Positions 1-13,224 of a stretch of DNA of 64,000 nucleotides are shown one piece after another (the first letter of the stretch is position 1; every line of letters starts with the position of its first letter). Under the pieces are notes generated by a model. The model searched no databases. It had not been told where the DNA came from and saw only the letters and a list, made by a program, of their open reading frames with translations. Made by a program: the position numbers and the translations under genes. This DNA is from Octopus sinensis (lineage: Eukaryota), in assembly GCF_006345805.1 (NCBI RefSeq), contig NC_043002.1:7006001-7070000 (forward strand), read 5' to 3'.

Positions 1-164
1 TACGCACGATACAGAATCAATGACAACAACGAAGACGTTGTTAAGAAACACACCAACAAAAACAAACAAAACAAACAACAACAATAACAACAACAAACAA
101 CACATTCTACGAAAAGAATAACATCATAAACAAGAATTTAGGTTCATGACGTTTAAGACAACAT

Positions 165-322
165 GAGTGGCTGTGTGGTAAGTAGCTTGCTAACCAACCA
201 CATGATTCCAGGTTCAGTCCCACTGCGTGGCACCTTGGGCAAGTGTCTTCTACTATAGCGTCGGGCCGACTAAAGCCTTGTGAGTGGATTTGGTAGACGG
301 GAACTGAAAGAAGCCTGTCGTA

Positions 323-355
<33 letters not shown>

Positions 356-578
356 GCGTGTGTGTGTTTGTGTGTCTGTGTTTGTCCCCCTAGCATTGCT
401 TGACAACCGATGCTGGTGTGTTTATGTCCCCGTTACTTAGCGGTTCAGCAAAAGAGACTGATAGAATAAGTACTAGGCTTACAAAAGAATAAGTCTCGGG
501 GTCGATTTGCTCGATTAAAGGCGGTGCTCCAGCACGGCCACAGTCAAAGACTGAAACAAGTAAAAGAGTAAAAGAGTA
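165..578 (+). mobile_element. tRNA-derived SINE, family A, near full length
   Basis: A-box TGGCTGTGTGGTAAG, B-box-like GGTTCAGTCCC, CCTTGGGCAAG core, internal (TA)n/(TG)n, tail (GTAAAAGA)n; 8 copies in window. Confidence 0.9.
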
Positions 579-832
579 TATAACTTATAATTATTTAATC
601 GATTCTCGCTATACAGCAGGGTATTGCCGTTAATATAATACGGAATGGAACCCAACTATACAACCTGCTTACATTGTTATACATTTACTTACGGATTCTC
701 CCATATCTACTTCGAAATATACAGTAAAGTATTCCGATAAAGTTATGATAATGTCCAACATATCCAGAGCTGTTTCCCCTACTTAACAAAACAAGTAAAA
801 TAACATTGATCATTAATTAATATTGTTTTTTT

Positions 833-867
<35 letters not shown>

Positions 868-929
868 TCCTCTCTCTCTCTCTCTCTCTATTCATCTCTC
901 TCTCTCTCTCTCTCTCCCTCTCTCTCATT

Positions 930-1049
930 AGCTCCGCTCGAAACGTTGAATCCTCCTTCTGTCTTTCCTTTCCTCAGCATCCAATAACACTATACTTGTT
1001 CCACCTCCTCGCGTTGTGTTTTCTCTTTGTGTTTTCATGTTTGCATTAA
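930..1049 (+). mobile_element. Hammerhead-motif element subfamily 2, 5'-truncated
   Basis: Reverse complement of the 30118-30316 element; keeps only AGCTCCGCTC-GAAAC-GTT; lies between (CT)n and (TA)n. Confidence 0.7.
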
Positions 1050-1050
1050 G

Positions 1051-1092
<42 letters not shown>

Positions 1093-1355
1093 CATATATA
1101 TATATACATATATAATACATATATATATATACATATATATATATACATATATATAACATATATATATATACATATATTATACATATATATATATACATAC
1201 ATATTATATACATACATATATATATACATATATATACATATACATATATATATATACATATATATACATATACATATATATATATACATACATATATATA
1301 CATATATATACATATATATTATATATATATACATATATATATATATACATATATA
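1050..1355. repeat. (TA)n/(TACA)n compound microsatellite
   Basis: Direct reading. Confidence 0.95.
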
Positions 1356-1424
1356 TGACTGCCATTTCTAATTCCTTCGGTATGCGGCGAAACAGCCTGC
1401 TGCTAGCCACCTTATTTTCTTTAC
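1356..1424 (+). repeat. Unclassified repeat, local copy 1
   Basis: ~69 bp near-identical to 1898-1966. Confidence 0.7.
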
Positions 1425-1897
1425 TATATACTGAACCTTACAAAGGTCCTGACAATTTGTCGTATTTACATACCGAAATTTACCGGTAAATAATTGTTGG
1501 TTACATGAAAACCACAGGAAAATTATTTACCATTTTTATTGCATTACCATTGGATTCCTCATTCCATTACGATTACCCAGAAGCGCGCATGGCAGAATTT
1601 TGGAGGGAAAATTTACGTTCCCAGTCCGTTTACTTGTTTTAACATCTGCGCACTTCCCCCACTATCTGATGTCGCTGGGTCAGAAGTGAGGGCTGGTGGC
1701 ATTTGTAAAGCTATCGAATATAGCGCTGACGACGGAATTCAAACTCCCTTTTTTTATATGTTTGTGATCCAGAACCGGTGTTCGCTATTACGGTAAGTGA
1801 CTGCCTTCGTATGTTTGCCACTCCGATTTTGTGTATGTGAGCCGTAGGGGCCTTCGTTTTTGGAATCTCCACTTATAGAAATGGAAAAAACGGTCTT

Positions 1898-1966
1898 TGA
1901 CTGCCATTTCTAATTCCTTCGGTATGAGGCGAAACAGCCTGCTGCTACCCACCCTATTTTCTTTAC
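1898..1966 (+). repeat. Unclassified repeat, local copy 2, followed by (TA)n
   Basis: TGACTGCCATTTCTAATTCCTTCGGTATG...TTTTCTTTAC shared with 1356-1424. Confidence 0.7.
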
Positions 1967-2370
<404 letters not shown>

Positions 2371-2617
2371 AATATATTTGTGTGTAGGTTGTTGGTGGTT
2401 GGTATGTGCTTGTCGGTATTTATGTTCTTTGCATTAAGTACGCTAATAACTTAATTACTACCTTTTGGTTTGCTTTTCAATGTCCCATATATATTAAATT
2501 TGTTAACACTAATCTAACCCAGCTAATCAGTCACCTGATGACAAAATTAAGATATTAGAGATAAAAAGATAATGTAGATTGTTCTTTTCTTATCCTTTTC
2601 AAATGTAGTGTATAACA

Positions 2618-2635
2618 ATAATGATGATGATGATT

Positions 2636-2688
<53 letters not shown>

Positions 2689-2693
2689 AATAA
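2618..2693. repeat. (GAT)n microsatellite
   Basis: Direct reading. Confidence 0.95.
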
Positions 2694-2699
2694 TACCTC

Positions 2700-2868
2700 T
2701 CTACTGTAGGCACAAGGTCTGAAATTTGGGGAAGGGATTAGGTCGATTATATCGGCCAGTGCTTATTTAATCGACCCCGAAAGGATGAAAGACAAAGTCG
2801 ACCTCGGCGGAATTTAAACTCCGAACGCAGCGACGGGCGAAATACCGTAAGCATTTCGTACAGCGTGC

Positions 2869-2870
<2 letters not shown>
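2700..2870 (-). mobile_element. tRNA-derived SINE family B (Nin-domain-like), partial
   Basis: CGACCCCGAAAGGATGAAAGACAAAGTCGACCTCGGCGG core. Confidence 0.75.
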
Positions 2871-2912
<42 letters not shown>

Positions 2913-2961
2913 CATTTCTATCGTACACGCATACTTCACAGCAGTGCTATAACCAAAAAAT

Positions 2962-3525
2962 GAACATACACTGGAAGCTATGCCAACATTATTGAATAAC
3001 AACAGAAAAAAGATGGTATAGGCACACACCAGAAAAGGTCACAGAAAACGAGAAAGCAACCATACTCTGGGATATGCCAATACACACAGATAGAGAAATT
3101 AAGGCCAACAGACCAGATATAGTTGTCAGAGATCATGAAGAAAAACAATGCTTTCTAATTGATGTATCTATACCAGCAGATGACAACGTGTCTCTAAAAG
3201 AAATGGAGAAACTCTCAAAATACAAAGACCTGGAAATAGAGGTAACCAGAATGTGGAATCTAAAAACAGAAACAATTCCTATCATAGTAGGCGCATTAGG
3301 CATGATAAAAAAATATTCAGACAAATACATAACAAAAACACCAGGACTTACAAACACATATAACATACAGAAAATTGCACTACTAGGCACTGCCCACATC
3401 CTACGCAGAACACTTTCCATACAATAACCATCAGAGCATCACAACAAATCACAGCACATACCCAAGGCACACAGAGCTGCGCTTGGTAGTGAAGTGAAAG
3501 CACGCTATAAAAATAAAACTACTGA
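2962..3525 (+). mobile_element. R4/Dong-clade LINE 3' fragment (restriction-like endonuclease domain plus 3'UTR)
   Basis: IHWKLCQHY*ITTEKRWY..ILWDMPIHTDREIKANRPDIVV..LIDVSIP..EKLSKYKDL..GALG..LGTAHILRRTL; followed by (TAA)n. Confidence 0.85.
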
Positions 3526-3744
3526 ATAATAATAATAATAATAGTAATTTTGGTACAATACCAAAAGAATGAGAGAGGGCTAGTCGATTACATTAACACC
3601 AGTGATCAACTAATGCATATCTTATTGATTCTGTATATCATATTTCGTTGTAGTGATGGGAGAATCCGTATGTAAATGTATAAAATCAATCTTAGCGGTA
3701 CTTGAACTCAGAATGTAAAAAGTCGGAATAAGTGTCACTAATCC

Positions 3745-3950
3745 TTTCTACTAAAAGAACAAGGCCTGAAATTTTGCGGGAAAGCACTAGTCGATTATAT
3801 CGACACCAGTGTTTCACTGGTACTCAATTTATTGACCCCGAAAGAATAAAAGGCAAAGTCGACCTCGGCGGAATTTGAATTCAGAATGAAAAGACAGACG
3901 AAATACCACTACGCATTTCGACCAACAATTCTGCTAGCTCGAAACCTTAA
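3745..3950 (-). mobile_element. SINE family B, diverged
   Basis: GGCAAAGTCGACCTCGGCGGAATTTGAA core; further decayed copies at ~3555-3740 and ~3975-4075. Confidence 0.7.
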
Positions 3951-5435
3951 TAATAATGATAACGATAATTGTTTCTAATATAGGCACAAGCCTTGAAATT
4001 TGGGGGAGGGGTTTGTCAATTACATTGACCCCAATATCGGTCCCAAAAGAATGAAAGGCAAAATTGACTTCAGCTGACGATGATGATGGCGACATCAATG
4101 ATGACGATTATAATATAAAGATTGTAGTTGTTGCAGATAAACTATAAACCATCTCTTCTACAGAAATGATTTTAGAATTTTTTTAAGGGATAATATTCGT
4201 AAGCGAAGAAGCAACTTATCTAAAAATATTGAATAAGACATAATACTGAATTCAGAGACTTAGACCGGTTCCTGTATTTATTTCGGAAAGGTACAAAACG
4301 ATGCACAAAATACATAAGCAGCATATTACGACTATCATAAATATATACAACATACAGAAAACAGTAATACCACGTATTTACTCGGTATATATTTTAGAAA
4401 GTTTCGGCATAGTCTCTATTTATGCCTTCCGTTTTACGTACCATACGGCAGTGGGTATCGATCCGTTTTGGGACGGTTCGAGTAGTATGTCAGTCAGTTC
4501 TCTTTCTTTCCCTTTTATCATCCATTATTAGACAAGATTGCTACACCTTTGCTCAACTATTGGACATTTTTTAGAAAGATAATATTGTAAATGGTTCACA
4601 CGACCCTTCTCACAGCTTATCACAACCGCTTCTGAGAGAGAGAGAGAGAGAGGGGGAGAAAGTGAGAGGGGGAAAGAAAGAGAGAGAAGGAAAAGGAAGA
4701 GAGAGGGGGAAAGAAAAAGAGAGAGCAGGGAGAGAGAGACAGAGAGAAATCGACTTCAGTGCTTGGCGCTTTGTTTATTGAACGCAGAGAATGAAAGGCA
4801 AAATTGACTGCGATCTCAAAGGGATTTGAACTCAGAATGAAAGAGGCGAAATAAATAATGCTAAACTCATCAATATAAAAGAACCCTCAAAGATATAACC
4901 CTGAGACATTAAAAGCTGCTGTGCATTGTAGAGCAGTGAAAGCACCCAATAAGATATGACTACTTCAAGCCGAATAATTTTGTTCCACTAAATGAAAAAG
5001 GCGAAGCATTTTTGGAGAGTCTATCGTCGAAATAACTGACCGCAGAACTTGACTACGTCTTATTAATCGACTCCAGAAAGATTAAAAACGCGATGTGAAC
5101 GAAATATGTAAAGGGAAAATTTATGAAACTTCACAGTATTAAGTCCGACCTTGTACAGATTCTTTAAATGTAGCGGCGCTAAGTATATACTAATGAGAAG
5201 AAACTAAAAGTTTTGTTGACTTATGTTTAGGAAAACATTACAAGCAGGCAACTTTGAGAGTAAAAGTTCACTCCGACTAATTGATGTCGAAAACCAAGCC
5301 CAAAGCTCACGCAAGTAGCAGTGAACCATGAATTTAGTAGGCATCAGTCACTCATTTTCATCTTTAGAATATTGCCCTTGACCTTTATCTTCATAGATAT
5401 GTATGTGTGTATATATATAAATACATACACATATA

Positions 5436-6834
5436 CTGGGTGCGTAAGGCATTTGAAGACATATGTTAATTTTACTGTAGCAGCATATTTATCAACTTAA
5501 TATTTTACTCTTTTACTTGTTTCTGTCATTTGACTGTGGCCATGCTGGAGCACCGCCTTTAGTCGAGCAAATCGACCGCAGGGCTTATTCTTTATAAGCC
5601 TAGTACTTATTCTATCGGTCTCTTTTGCCAAACCGCTAAGTTACGGGGACGTAAACACACCAGCATCGGTTGACAAATGATGTTGGGAGGACAAACACAT
5701 ACACACACACATATATATACATATATACGACGAGCTTCTTTTAGTTTCCGTCTACCAAATCCGCTCACAAGGCTTTGCTCGGCCCGAGGCTATAGCAGAA
5801 GACACTTGCCCAAGGTGCCACTAGTATCATTGCTACTGATACTTGTAACACTGATACTATTAGAACGCCAGAATTTATTCAACATGTAAAGCAGACCATT
5901 GATGGCCATCCTAGAAGATCCATGAGGAGGTTTCAAAAGAACACCATGTGTCAGAAGGAACAATCCGAAATGTTGTCCACAAAGACATCAGATACAAGTC
6001 TTATGCGATGAGGAAAGGTTATTTTATGTCAGAAACAGTGAAGGAAAATCGCTTAATCAGGTCTAAAAGACCCCTGCACAAACTTTAAAACCCAGCAGAG
6101 AAAGATGCCATTTGGTTCTTCTCGGATAAGAACAATCTTTGATCAGAAAGTAAACAGAAGAAATGACAAAAGTTCTAAGGAGTAATGCATACAAAATTGC
6201 CTGCAACTGTCATGGTTTGGGGGTTTGTTAGCAACGAAGGAGATGTGATGCCGCCTCACTTCTTTCCACAAGGTCTTCGAGTAAACTCTGCTGCCTCCAT
6301 AGATGTTCTGAATCCAGTTGTTAAGCCATGGATCGATAATGTACGCAACGGAAGACCCCTACATGACCTTGCTTTTGCTTTTTGAGCAAAAAAATTAACT
6401 TAACTTAAGACTCGGCACCATCACAGAAGCCTACAGCAACGCAGGAATGGATGGCGGGAAATTTTCATGACCACATAACCCCCAACATTTGGCCTCTTAT
6501 TTCCCCAGATCTCAATCCATTGGACTACTCTGTATGGAGCGTAGTTGAGAAAGAGGTTAACGAGCACCCTCATAACACCAAAGAATCCCTAAAAACCTCC
6601 ATAGTCAAAGTAATGTCCAGTATGAACACAGACCACTTTATCCTAGCATGTAGGTGATTCAGACCTCGTATAGAAACCGTTATTGAAGCTGAAAGAGACT
6701 TTATTGAATAAAATGACGAAACAATATTTATTCTTATCCTCAAAACCTTTTTCGGTAGAAAGGCATTATTGTCTATTTCTAAGAATCATTTTTGTGTAAG
6801 TATATAACTGTCCTCAAATACCTTACGCACCCTG
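5436..6834 (+). mobile_element. Tc1/mariner maT-type (DD37D-like) transposon with both TIRs, decayed transposase
   Basis: 26 bp TIRs 5436-5461 and 6809-6834 (3 mismatches), TA on both flanks; TVMVWGFVSNEGDVMPPHFFPQGLRVN and WPLISPDLNPLDYSVW motifs with frameshifts. Confidence 0.9.
5503..5821 (-). mobile_element. SINE family A, head-truncated, nested in the maT element
   Basis: Reverse complement of family A body and tail. Confidence 0.9.
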
Positions 6835-6935
6835 TATCTACATATATGTGTGTGTGTGCATGCGTATGTGTGTGTCTGTGTATGCGTCTGTGTGTACAGA
6901 TAGGCAGACATACACACGCATGCACACACTCACAG

Positions 6936-7015
<80 letters not shown>

Positions 7016-7396
7016 CGCAAACAATCGCATTTCCATATTCATATACACATTCACACACTATAATGAATTATATATCACGCACACACGTACACGCTCAAGC
7101 ATACATACAAACACACACACACACACAAACACCCACAAGCATTTATTTGTTCTTATGCAGTTGAACTTTATAGGTCAAACCCATTCTTATATAAAATGTG
7201 TAATACACGACTTTAGACGGTCGTATTCAAACACGATAAAACTTCGTGGATGGGAGATAAGAAAATATATCACTCACAGCTTTTGATGAGTTGGATGTAA
7301 ACCTCAGCGTTCATATCCGAGAGATCGTATGTGAGTGCGCATGTATATATACACACATATATACATATATATACATACATATATATATATATACAT

Positions 7397-7444
<48 letters not shown>

Positions 7445-7611
7445 CAATAATAATTCTCTAAACGAGATATAAACAGTAACTGCTCCATAACATAAGGGAC
7501 ATCAGCCATCTGAATGTGGCTAGGGACAGGGCAGGGCGGTGGGGGTGTTACTGATGCATTTAGCCCCAGGCGATCATCAACGTCACCAGGAGGGCTGACA
7601 CCAATACATGC

Positions 7612-7648
<37 letters not shown>

Positions 7649-7738
7649 CATGCATGTATGTATGTATGTATGTATGTATGTATGTATGTATGTATGTTTG
7701 TACATACATACATTCATGTGGATTGATGGAAGGCTATA

Positions 7739-8150
7739 CAGGGTGGGTCGTTTTTTTAGGTTACCTCTTTCAAAAGCTCTTCTAACGTTTTGTTTTTTGC
7801 CTTTCTTTCTAGATAAATAATGTCAGCAATCAGATTAACTCAGCAAACAGAAAAGGCACGCTGTAATCGTTGGCTTAAGATCACAGTATAACGATAGAGA
7901 GATAGCTCACCTCCTGAAAGTTGTTGTCTCCTAATGCCAGCAGAACTTTGTGCAAAAAGTTCAAGAAATAATCGATAAAAACCCCGGAAAGTCAACCAGA
8001 GCCATTTCAAAGAACCTCAGTGCTTCAGAGTGCACCATCAGAGAAGTTTCGCGTGAAAACATCTGCTACAAGTCGTATGTGATGGGGAGAGGTCAGTTCA
8101 TGTCGGTTGTGACAACAGAGAATCGTTCGATCTGTACAAAGCGATTTTTA
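7739..8150 (+). mobile_element. maT-type transposon 5' fragment
   Basis: TA-CAGGGTGGG start; IIDKNPGKSTRAISKNL..CTIREV..YKSYVMGRGQFMS, homologous to the transposase N-terminus at ~5900-6060. Confidence 0.75.
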
Positions 8151-8173
8151 AATACATATTTGTATTAGCTGTA

Positions 8174-8237
<64 letters not shown>

Positions 8238-9040
8238 ACATTTGTAATTGCACTAAATCTATCTTTTGCATATTTGTTGAGCTCTCGCTACTCCTTTTAT
8301 ACAAATTGTTCTGTATTACTACCGAGAAATATCTATATTTTATTCATATAGTTATATGAGTGCGTACGTATGTGTATTTGTGTGTACGTGCGTGAGTGTT
8401 TTTGTGTGTGTGTGTGTGCCTTATGTACATATACATGCTACCGTGTTTGTAGATGTGCCTGTATGCTTTTTGTTGTTATCCATCTTTCATCCTCTTCAGG
8501 ATTAATGTTTGTATGCTAGCGTCTCTGTATAAATTTTTTTTTCTCTTCGTTCTACTGAATTCATACAAGAAAAACACTTCCGCAGCCAACAGTATTCTAC
8601 ATCCATCCGTCATCTATTCCTGTTTAATTGTTATTCAATTGAATTATCGGGAACGTCCTCTTTTTTTATTTTTTTTTTGACATTTTTAGGAGTAATTTTC
8701 ATTAACACTAATAACTTATTTCCTCATTACTATTTGATTCTAATTGATTAAATATCTTTGGTACTCTGTAATTAACCATATGTTCTTCATGTAAAAGGTA
8801 ATTTGGATAGAATTTCTAATGTCACTACCGTTATAAGTATGCCATCGTGGGGTTCTTTTTATTGTATCTCAAACGCATGAAAATAGTAGCCAAATTTCCC
8901 TCAGATCACACTCAAACTCTCTTCAAAACGGAGCAACACTGTACACAATGTAGTACTGAGGCAGCAAATTAACGCATTCGTTAGAGCATCGTATAAAAAG
9001 GCTTGGGATATTTGTTCCGCCACTCTGTTCTACAGGTTCA

Positions 9041-9273
9041 AGGCGGCGAGCTGGCAGAAACGTTAGCATGCCGGGCGAAATGCTTAGCCGTATTTCGTCT
9101 GCCGTTACGTTCTGAGTTCAAATTCCGCCGAGGTCGACTTTGCCTTTCATCCTTTCGTGGTCGATTAAATAAGTACCAGTTACGCACTGGGGTCGATATA
9201 ATCGACTTAATCCGTTTGTCTCTCCTTGTTTGTCCTCTCTGTGTTTAGCCCCTTGTGCGTAATAAAGAAATAG
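9041..9273 (+). mobile_element. SINE family B, full length
   Basis: GGCGGCGAGCTGGCAGAAACGTTAGC head, GAGTTCAAATTCC B-box, GTCGACTTTGCCTTTCATCCTTTC Nin-like domain, AAAGAAATA end. Confidence 0.9.
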
Positions 9274-10289
9274 GTTCAAAGTCCATCAGAGTCAACATTT
9301 TGGGGCTCAATGAAATAATGAATAAACCCAATACTGGGATCGTTCTCTCTCTCTCTCTCTCTCCCTATCTCCCTGAAAAATTGGCTGTCGGACCTTGAGC
9401 AGGAAAGGCCATGCCAAATTTAGCATATCTGAGTCGCACAGCTTGTCAGATGGCGCCCCTACCATTCTTTAAGACAACCGAAAACTAAGCCTGGCAATTT
9501 AATGTAGGCTCCACACCCCCTAAAAAAGAAAGAAAAGACAAGTTCATTGCCTGAGCATTGTTGATCATACGTCTGCTATGTCACAGCTGAATCGATGATA
9601 AACAATTATTTATGGTATTTTAAATATCATAAACATATTTCACTCGTATGTATCTTTATAAAATATTTCCTTAAATCCAACATATTTTACTAAAATGTTC
9701 AAGTGTTTACCGATTTTATTGTTTTTTATTGTATTTTTGTTGCCTTTTTTTCTTCTTTATTGCCTGATAACACTCACTTCTTCGCAATAAAAATTTTACG
9801 GGAATAAGTTTATTTTCGTTATACAAACACCATTAACACCGCAAACTTTCTGGCTTTCTAATCTGAAAAAAAATATACATATAAAATAAGACAAATAAAA
9901 TAAAACCAAGCTACAATTTTCATTAGGTCTCAGCATTGTTGTTCTCTCTTCGTACAGAAACAAGACCGTAACTGTCTTCTTTTATTTATATATTAAAATA
10001 ATCCCACGCAAAACCTATGCTGATACCTTCCTTCCGTTATCAAGTATCTTCGCAGACAGACATGTTTCATTAGTTTGATATCATCGCGAAACTTCTCACT
10101 CTTTTCAGATTAATATTTAGAGAGAGAGGAAGCTGATTTTCCTGGTTTAGAACGAAGCAATTAATACGTATTATTTTGTTTGTTTCTGTCTAAAGTGTTT
10201 ATCTTAGCATCTCGAAGAAGAAAAAATATCTCAGAACACTCTAACGCTTCTTTGTTTACGTCGCCTGTATCATATATATACATACATAC

Positions 10290-10862
10290 ATACATGTTTA
10301 CACACACACATAGAGGCAAAAACACACATACAGGCACACACACACACATACAGGCACACACACATACAGGCACACGCATACAGGCACACACACGCATACA
10401 GGCACACGCACATACAGGCACACACACACACACACATGTAGGCACACACACATACAGACACACACGCATACAGGCACACGCAAACACATACAGGAACACA
10501 CGCATACAGACACACACGCATACAGGCACACACTCACAATACAGGCACACACACATACAGGCATACACACACATACAGACACACACACATGCAGGCACAC
10601 ACACATATAGGCACACACACATACAAACACACACACACATACAGGCGCACACACACATACAGGCATACACACATACAGGCACACACACATACAGGCATAC
10701 ACAACATACAGACACACACACACATGCAGGCACACACACACACATACAGGCACACACACACATGCAGGCACACACATACAAGCACACACACACACACATA
10801 CAGGCACACACACACACATACAGACATACACATACAGACACACACACACACACACATACACA
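10290..10862. repeat. (CA)n-ATACAGG minisatellite
   Basis: Units of ~14-20 bp punctuated by ATACAGGC. Confidence 0.9.
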
Positions 10863-11166
10863 CTGTGCACGTGTGACGTGTGCGAGAGAGTGAGAGTAGT
10901 TGAGGAGAAAAATGTGTATGGGTCTGATGTGTTCTGTATTTGCACCCAGTGTATGTGTACATGGGTATGGGAATCTACCCACGCCTGTGTGTATAGGTAC
11001 GAATCTTGACAGCAGAACAAGGCAGCTAGCGAGAATATGAACGACTGGGTAAGACGAAATATTGCCGAGTGAGTGGTGGAATTCGAGTGAGAACAAGTGT
11101 TGCGTGAATGAAGCCATTGTTTAATCTGAGTGAGAGGGATGCATGTATACAAACACATGTGCACAG

Positions 11167-11216
<50 letters not shown>

Positions 11217-11265
11217 GTAGGTAGGTAGGTAGGTAGGTAGGTGGGTAGGTAGGTAGGTAGGTATG

Positions 11266-11324
<59 letters not shown>

Positions 11325-11325
11325 A
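11167..11325. repeat. (GATA)n(GGTA)n(GATA)n compound microsatellite
   Basis: Direct reading. Confidence 0.95.
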
Positions 11326-11766
11326 TATGTATACATACATATGTATATGTTTACACATATAATAAAAGAGAGAGAGAGGGGGAGAGGGAGGGAGAATGAC
11401 AGTGAGGATAGGTACATAGAGATCAAGAATGCGTGTAAAGTTTAAACATCCGGTTTTATTGCTGCTCCGATCTGAATTACGTAAGATGTAGACTTAAAGT
11501 GAATTGAATATGAAGATGATACTGTAGGTAAGAGAGAAGGGTTGGAAGAGAGGAGGCTTCTGGTACAATTAGCACTTTACAGTCATAATTACAGAAAATA
11601 ATATTAGCCAGAATAAAGTTGCTTAAACTGTCCTACTAAGTATTTTGATTTTGTTTTTGTTTCGTTTTTCTATAGTAACAATATTGGTTTCAAGTTTTAG
11701 CACAAAGCCAACAATTTGGAAGAAATGGGTCAGTCGATTAAATCGAACCTATTCCTCAACTGTGAA

Positions 11767-12101
11767 GGCGCGTGGCTCAGTGGTTAAAGCGCCGAGCTTA
11801 CGATCGTGAGGTTGTAAGCTCGAATCCCGGATCGGGCTGCGTATTGTGTTCTTGAGCAAGACACTTTATTTCACGTTGCTCCAGTACACTCAGCTGTAGA
11901 AATGAGCTGCGACGTCACAGGTGCCAAGCTGTATCGGCCCCTTTGCCTTTCCCTTGGATAACACTGGTGGCGTGGAGAGGGGAGGCTGGTATGCATGGGG
12001 GACCGCTGGTCTTCCATAAACAACCTTGCCCGGACTTGTGCCTGGGAGGGTAACTTTGTAGGTGGAATCCCATGGTCAGTGTCGTGACCGAAGGGGGTCT
12101 C
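11767..12101 (+). mobile_element. tRNA-derived SINE family C
   Basis: GGCTCAGTGGTTAAAGCG A-box, CTCGAATCCCGG B-box, GTGTTCTTGAGCAAGACACTTT...CACTCAGCTGTAGAAATG central domain. Confidence 0.9.
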
Positions 12102-12107
12102 AGAACT

Positions 12108-12263
12108 CCTCAACTGGCTCTTATATTCTCCTCTCCCCCCTCCTCGAAAGGATGTAAGGCAAATTCGACCTCGGCAGTATTTGAGCTGAGAACCTAAAGA
12201 CGGACGAAATGCCAGTTAGCATTTTAACCGGTGTGCTAACGATTCTGTCAGTTTGCCACCTTA
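12108..12263 (-). mobile_element. SINE family B, diverged
   Basis: GAAAGGATGTAAGGCAAATTCGACCTCGGC core and head. Confidence 0.7.
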
Positions 12264-12434
12264 CAGTAATAAATGTTAATATACGAGTCAGACAACAGGC
12301 ATACATTTCAATAGTTGCTTATTTTTCTATGATTTAGATCTAGGCCGAATGCTTATGACAGTGTTGCTAAGCCACAGTCGAACCAGTTCTACTATATGGT
12401 TCAGAAACCTGGACGTTATCAAAGAAGCTTGAGA

Positions 12435-12735
12435 GGCGGTTGGGTGGAATTTACACTCGCCTCCTTATGAGAGTTCAAAATCTCTCGTGGAAGCGTCATC
12501 CAACCAAAGTACAAATATATGGGAAACTACCACCTGGATCATCTCTTGTGAAAGGAAGAAGAGTCCAATTTGCTGGACATTGTTGTAGAGCTGAAAACGA
12601 GGCAATTCTCCTCTGGAAGCCATCTGCTCGCGATACCAGAGGGCGCACACTCTCCTACCCTCTCCAGGGATACAGGTATCCAGCAACAGGACCTCCGTAA
12701 TTCTATGATGGACCGTGAAGTCTGGCGAACTAAGA
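12435..12735 (+). mobile_element. RTE-X-like LINE 3' fragment
   Basis: YTRLLMRVQNLSWKRHPT..IYGKLP..RRVQFAGHC..LWKP..RDTGIQQQDLRNSMMDREVWR. Confidence 0.8.
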
Positions 12736-13224
12736 AATATTTATTGAGTGTCAACAAATTTAATGCAATAGTGAATCAGAAATAACATTGAAGTAAACTA
12801 ATTCTGAGCCCACACTATTTCACACATTCTGGTAATTAACCTTTTTATGATCTCATCAGTAGACTATACCTTTCAGTGCAATTTGAATTATAATTTATGA
12901 AATATATCTAGCCCAATATTTTAATCATTGGGGTCAGTTTGGTCCATGATATCCACGGTATGTTTAAACTTACTCTATCAGTAACTCAGCAGCTTGGTAG
13001 CAAATGTGTTTCCATTACTGAGAGAACAAGGTTCAAATGAAAGCAGTACGTTTTTTTACTACATTTATACTTAAGAAATATATGAACATTACAACTTTGT
13101 ACTTTCCTTCTCACACTCTCTCACTCTCTTTCTCTCTCCCTCCCTCTCTCTCCCTTGTTCTCTCTCTCGCTTCCCCTTTCTATCGAAAACAAGCAAAAAT
13201 ATTAAGAGAGAAAAAATCCTGAAA

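Noticed and set aside
4442-4521. Possible first coding exon on the minus strand (MIKGKERELTDILLEPSQNGSIPTAV|GTACGT)
   Set aside because: No homology recognised and no downstream exon.
7280-7330. Possible 51 nt exon (CAG|...|GTGAGT) encoding FDELDVNLSVHIREIV
   Set aside because: Weak pyrimidine tract, no recognisable protein, no partner exons; needs RNA-seq.
10161-11164. Longest ORFs in the track (318, 288 and 237 aa)
   Set aside because: Translations of CA/TG minisatellite; no domain. The same applies to the YI/HT/CV/MYVC-repeat ORFs throughout the window.
11767-11840. tRNA-like cloverleaf heads here and at other SINE starts
   Set aside because: They continue into SINE bodies, so they are not tRNA genes.
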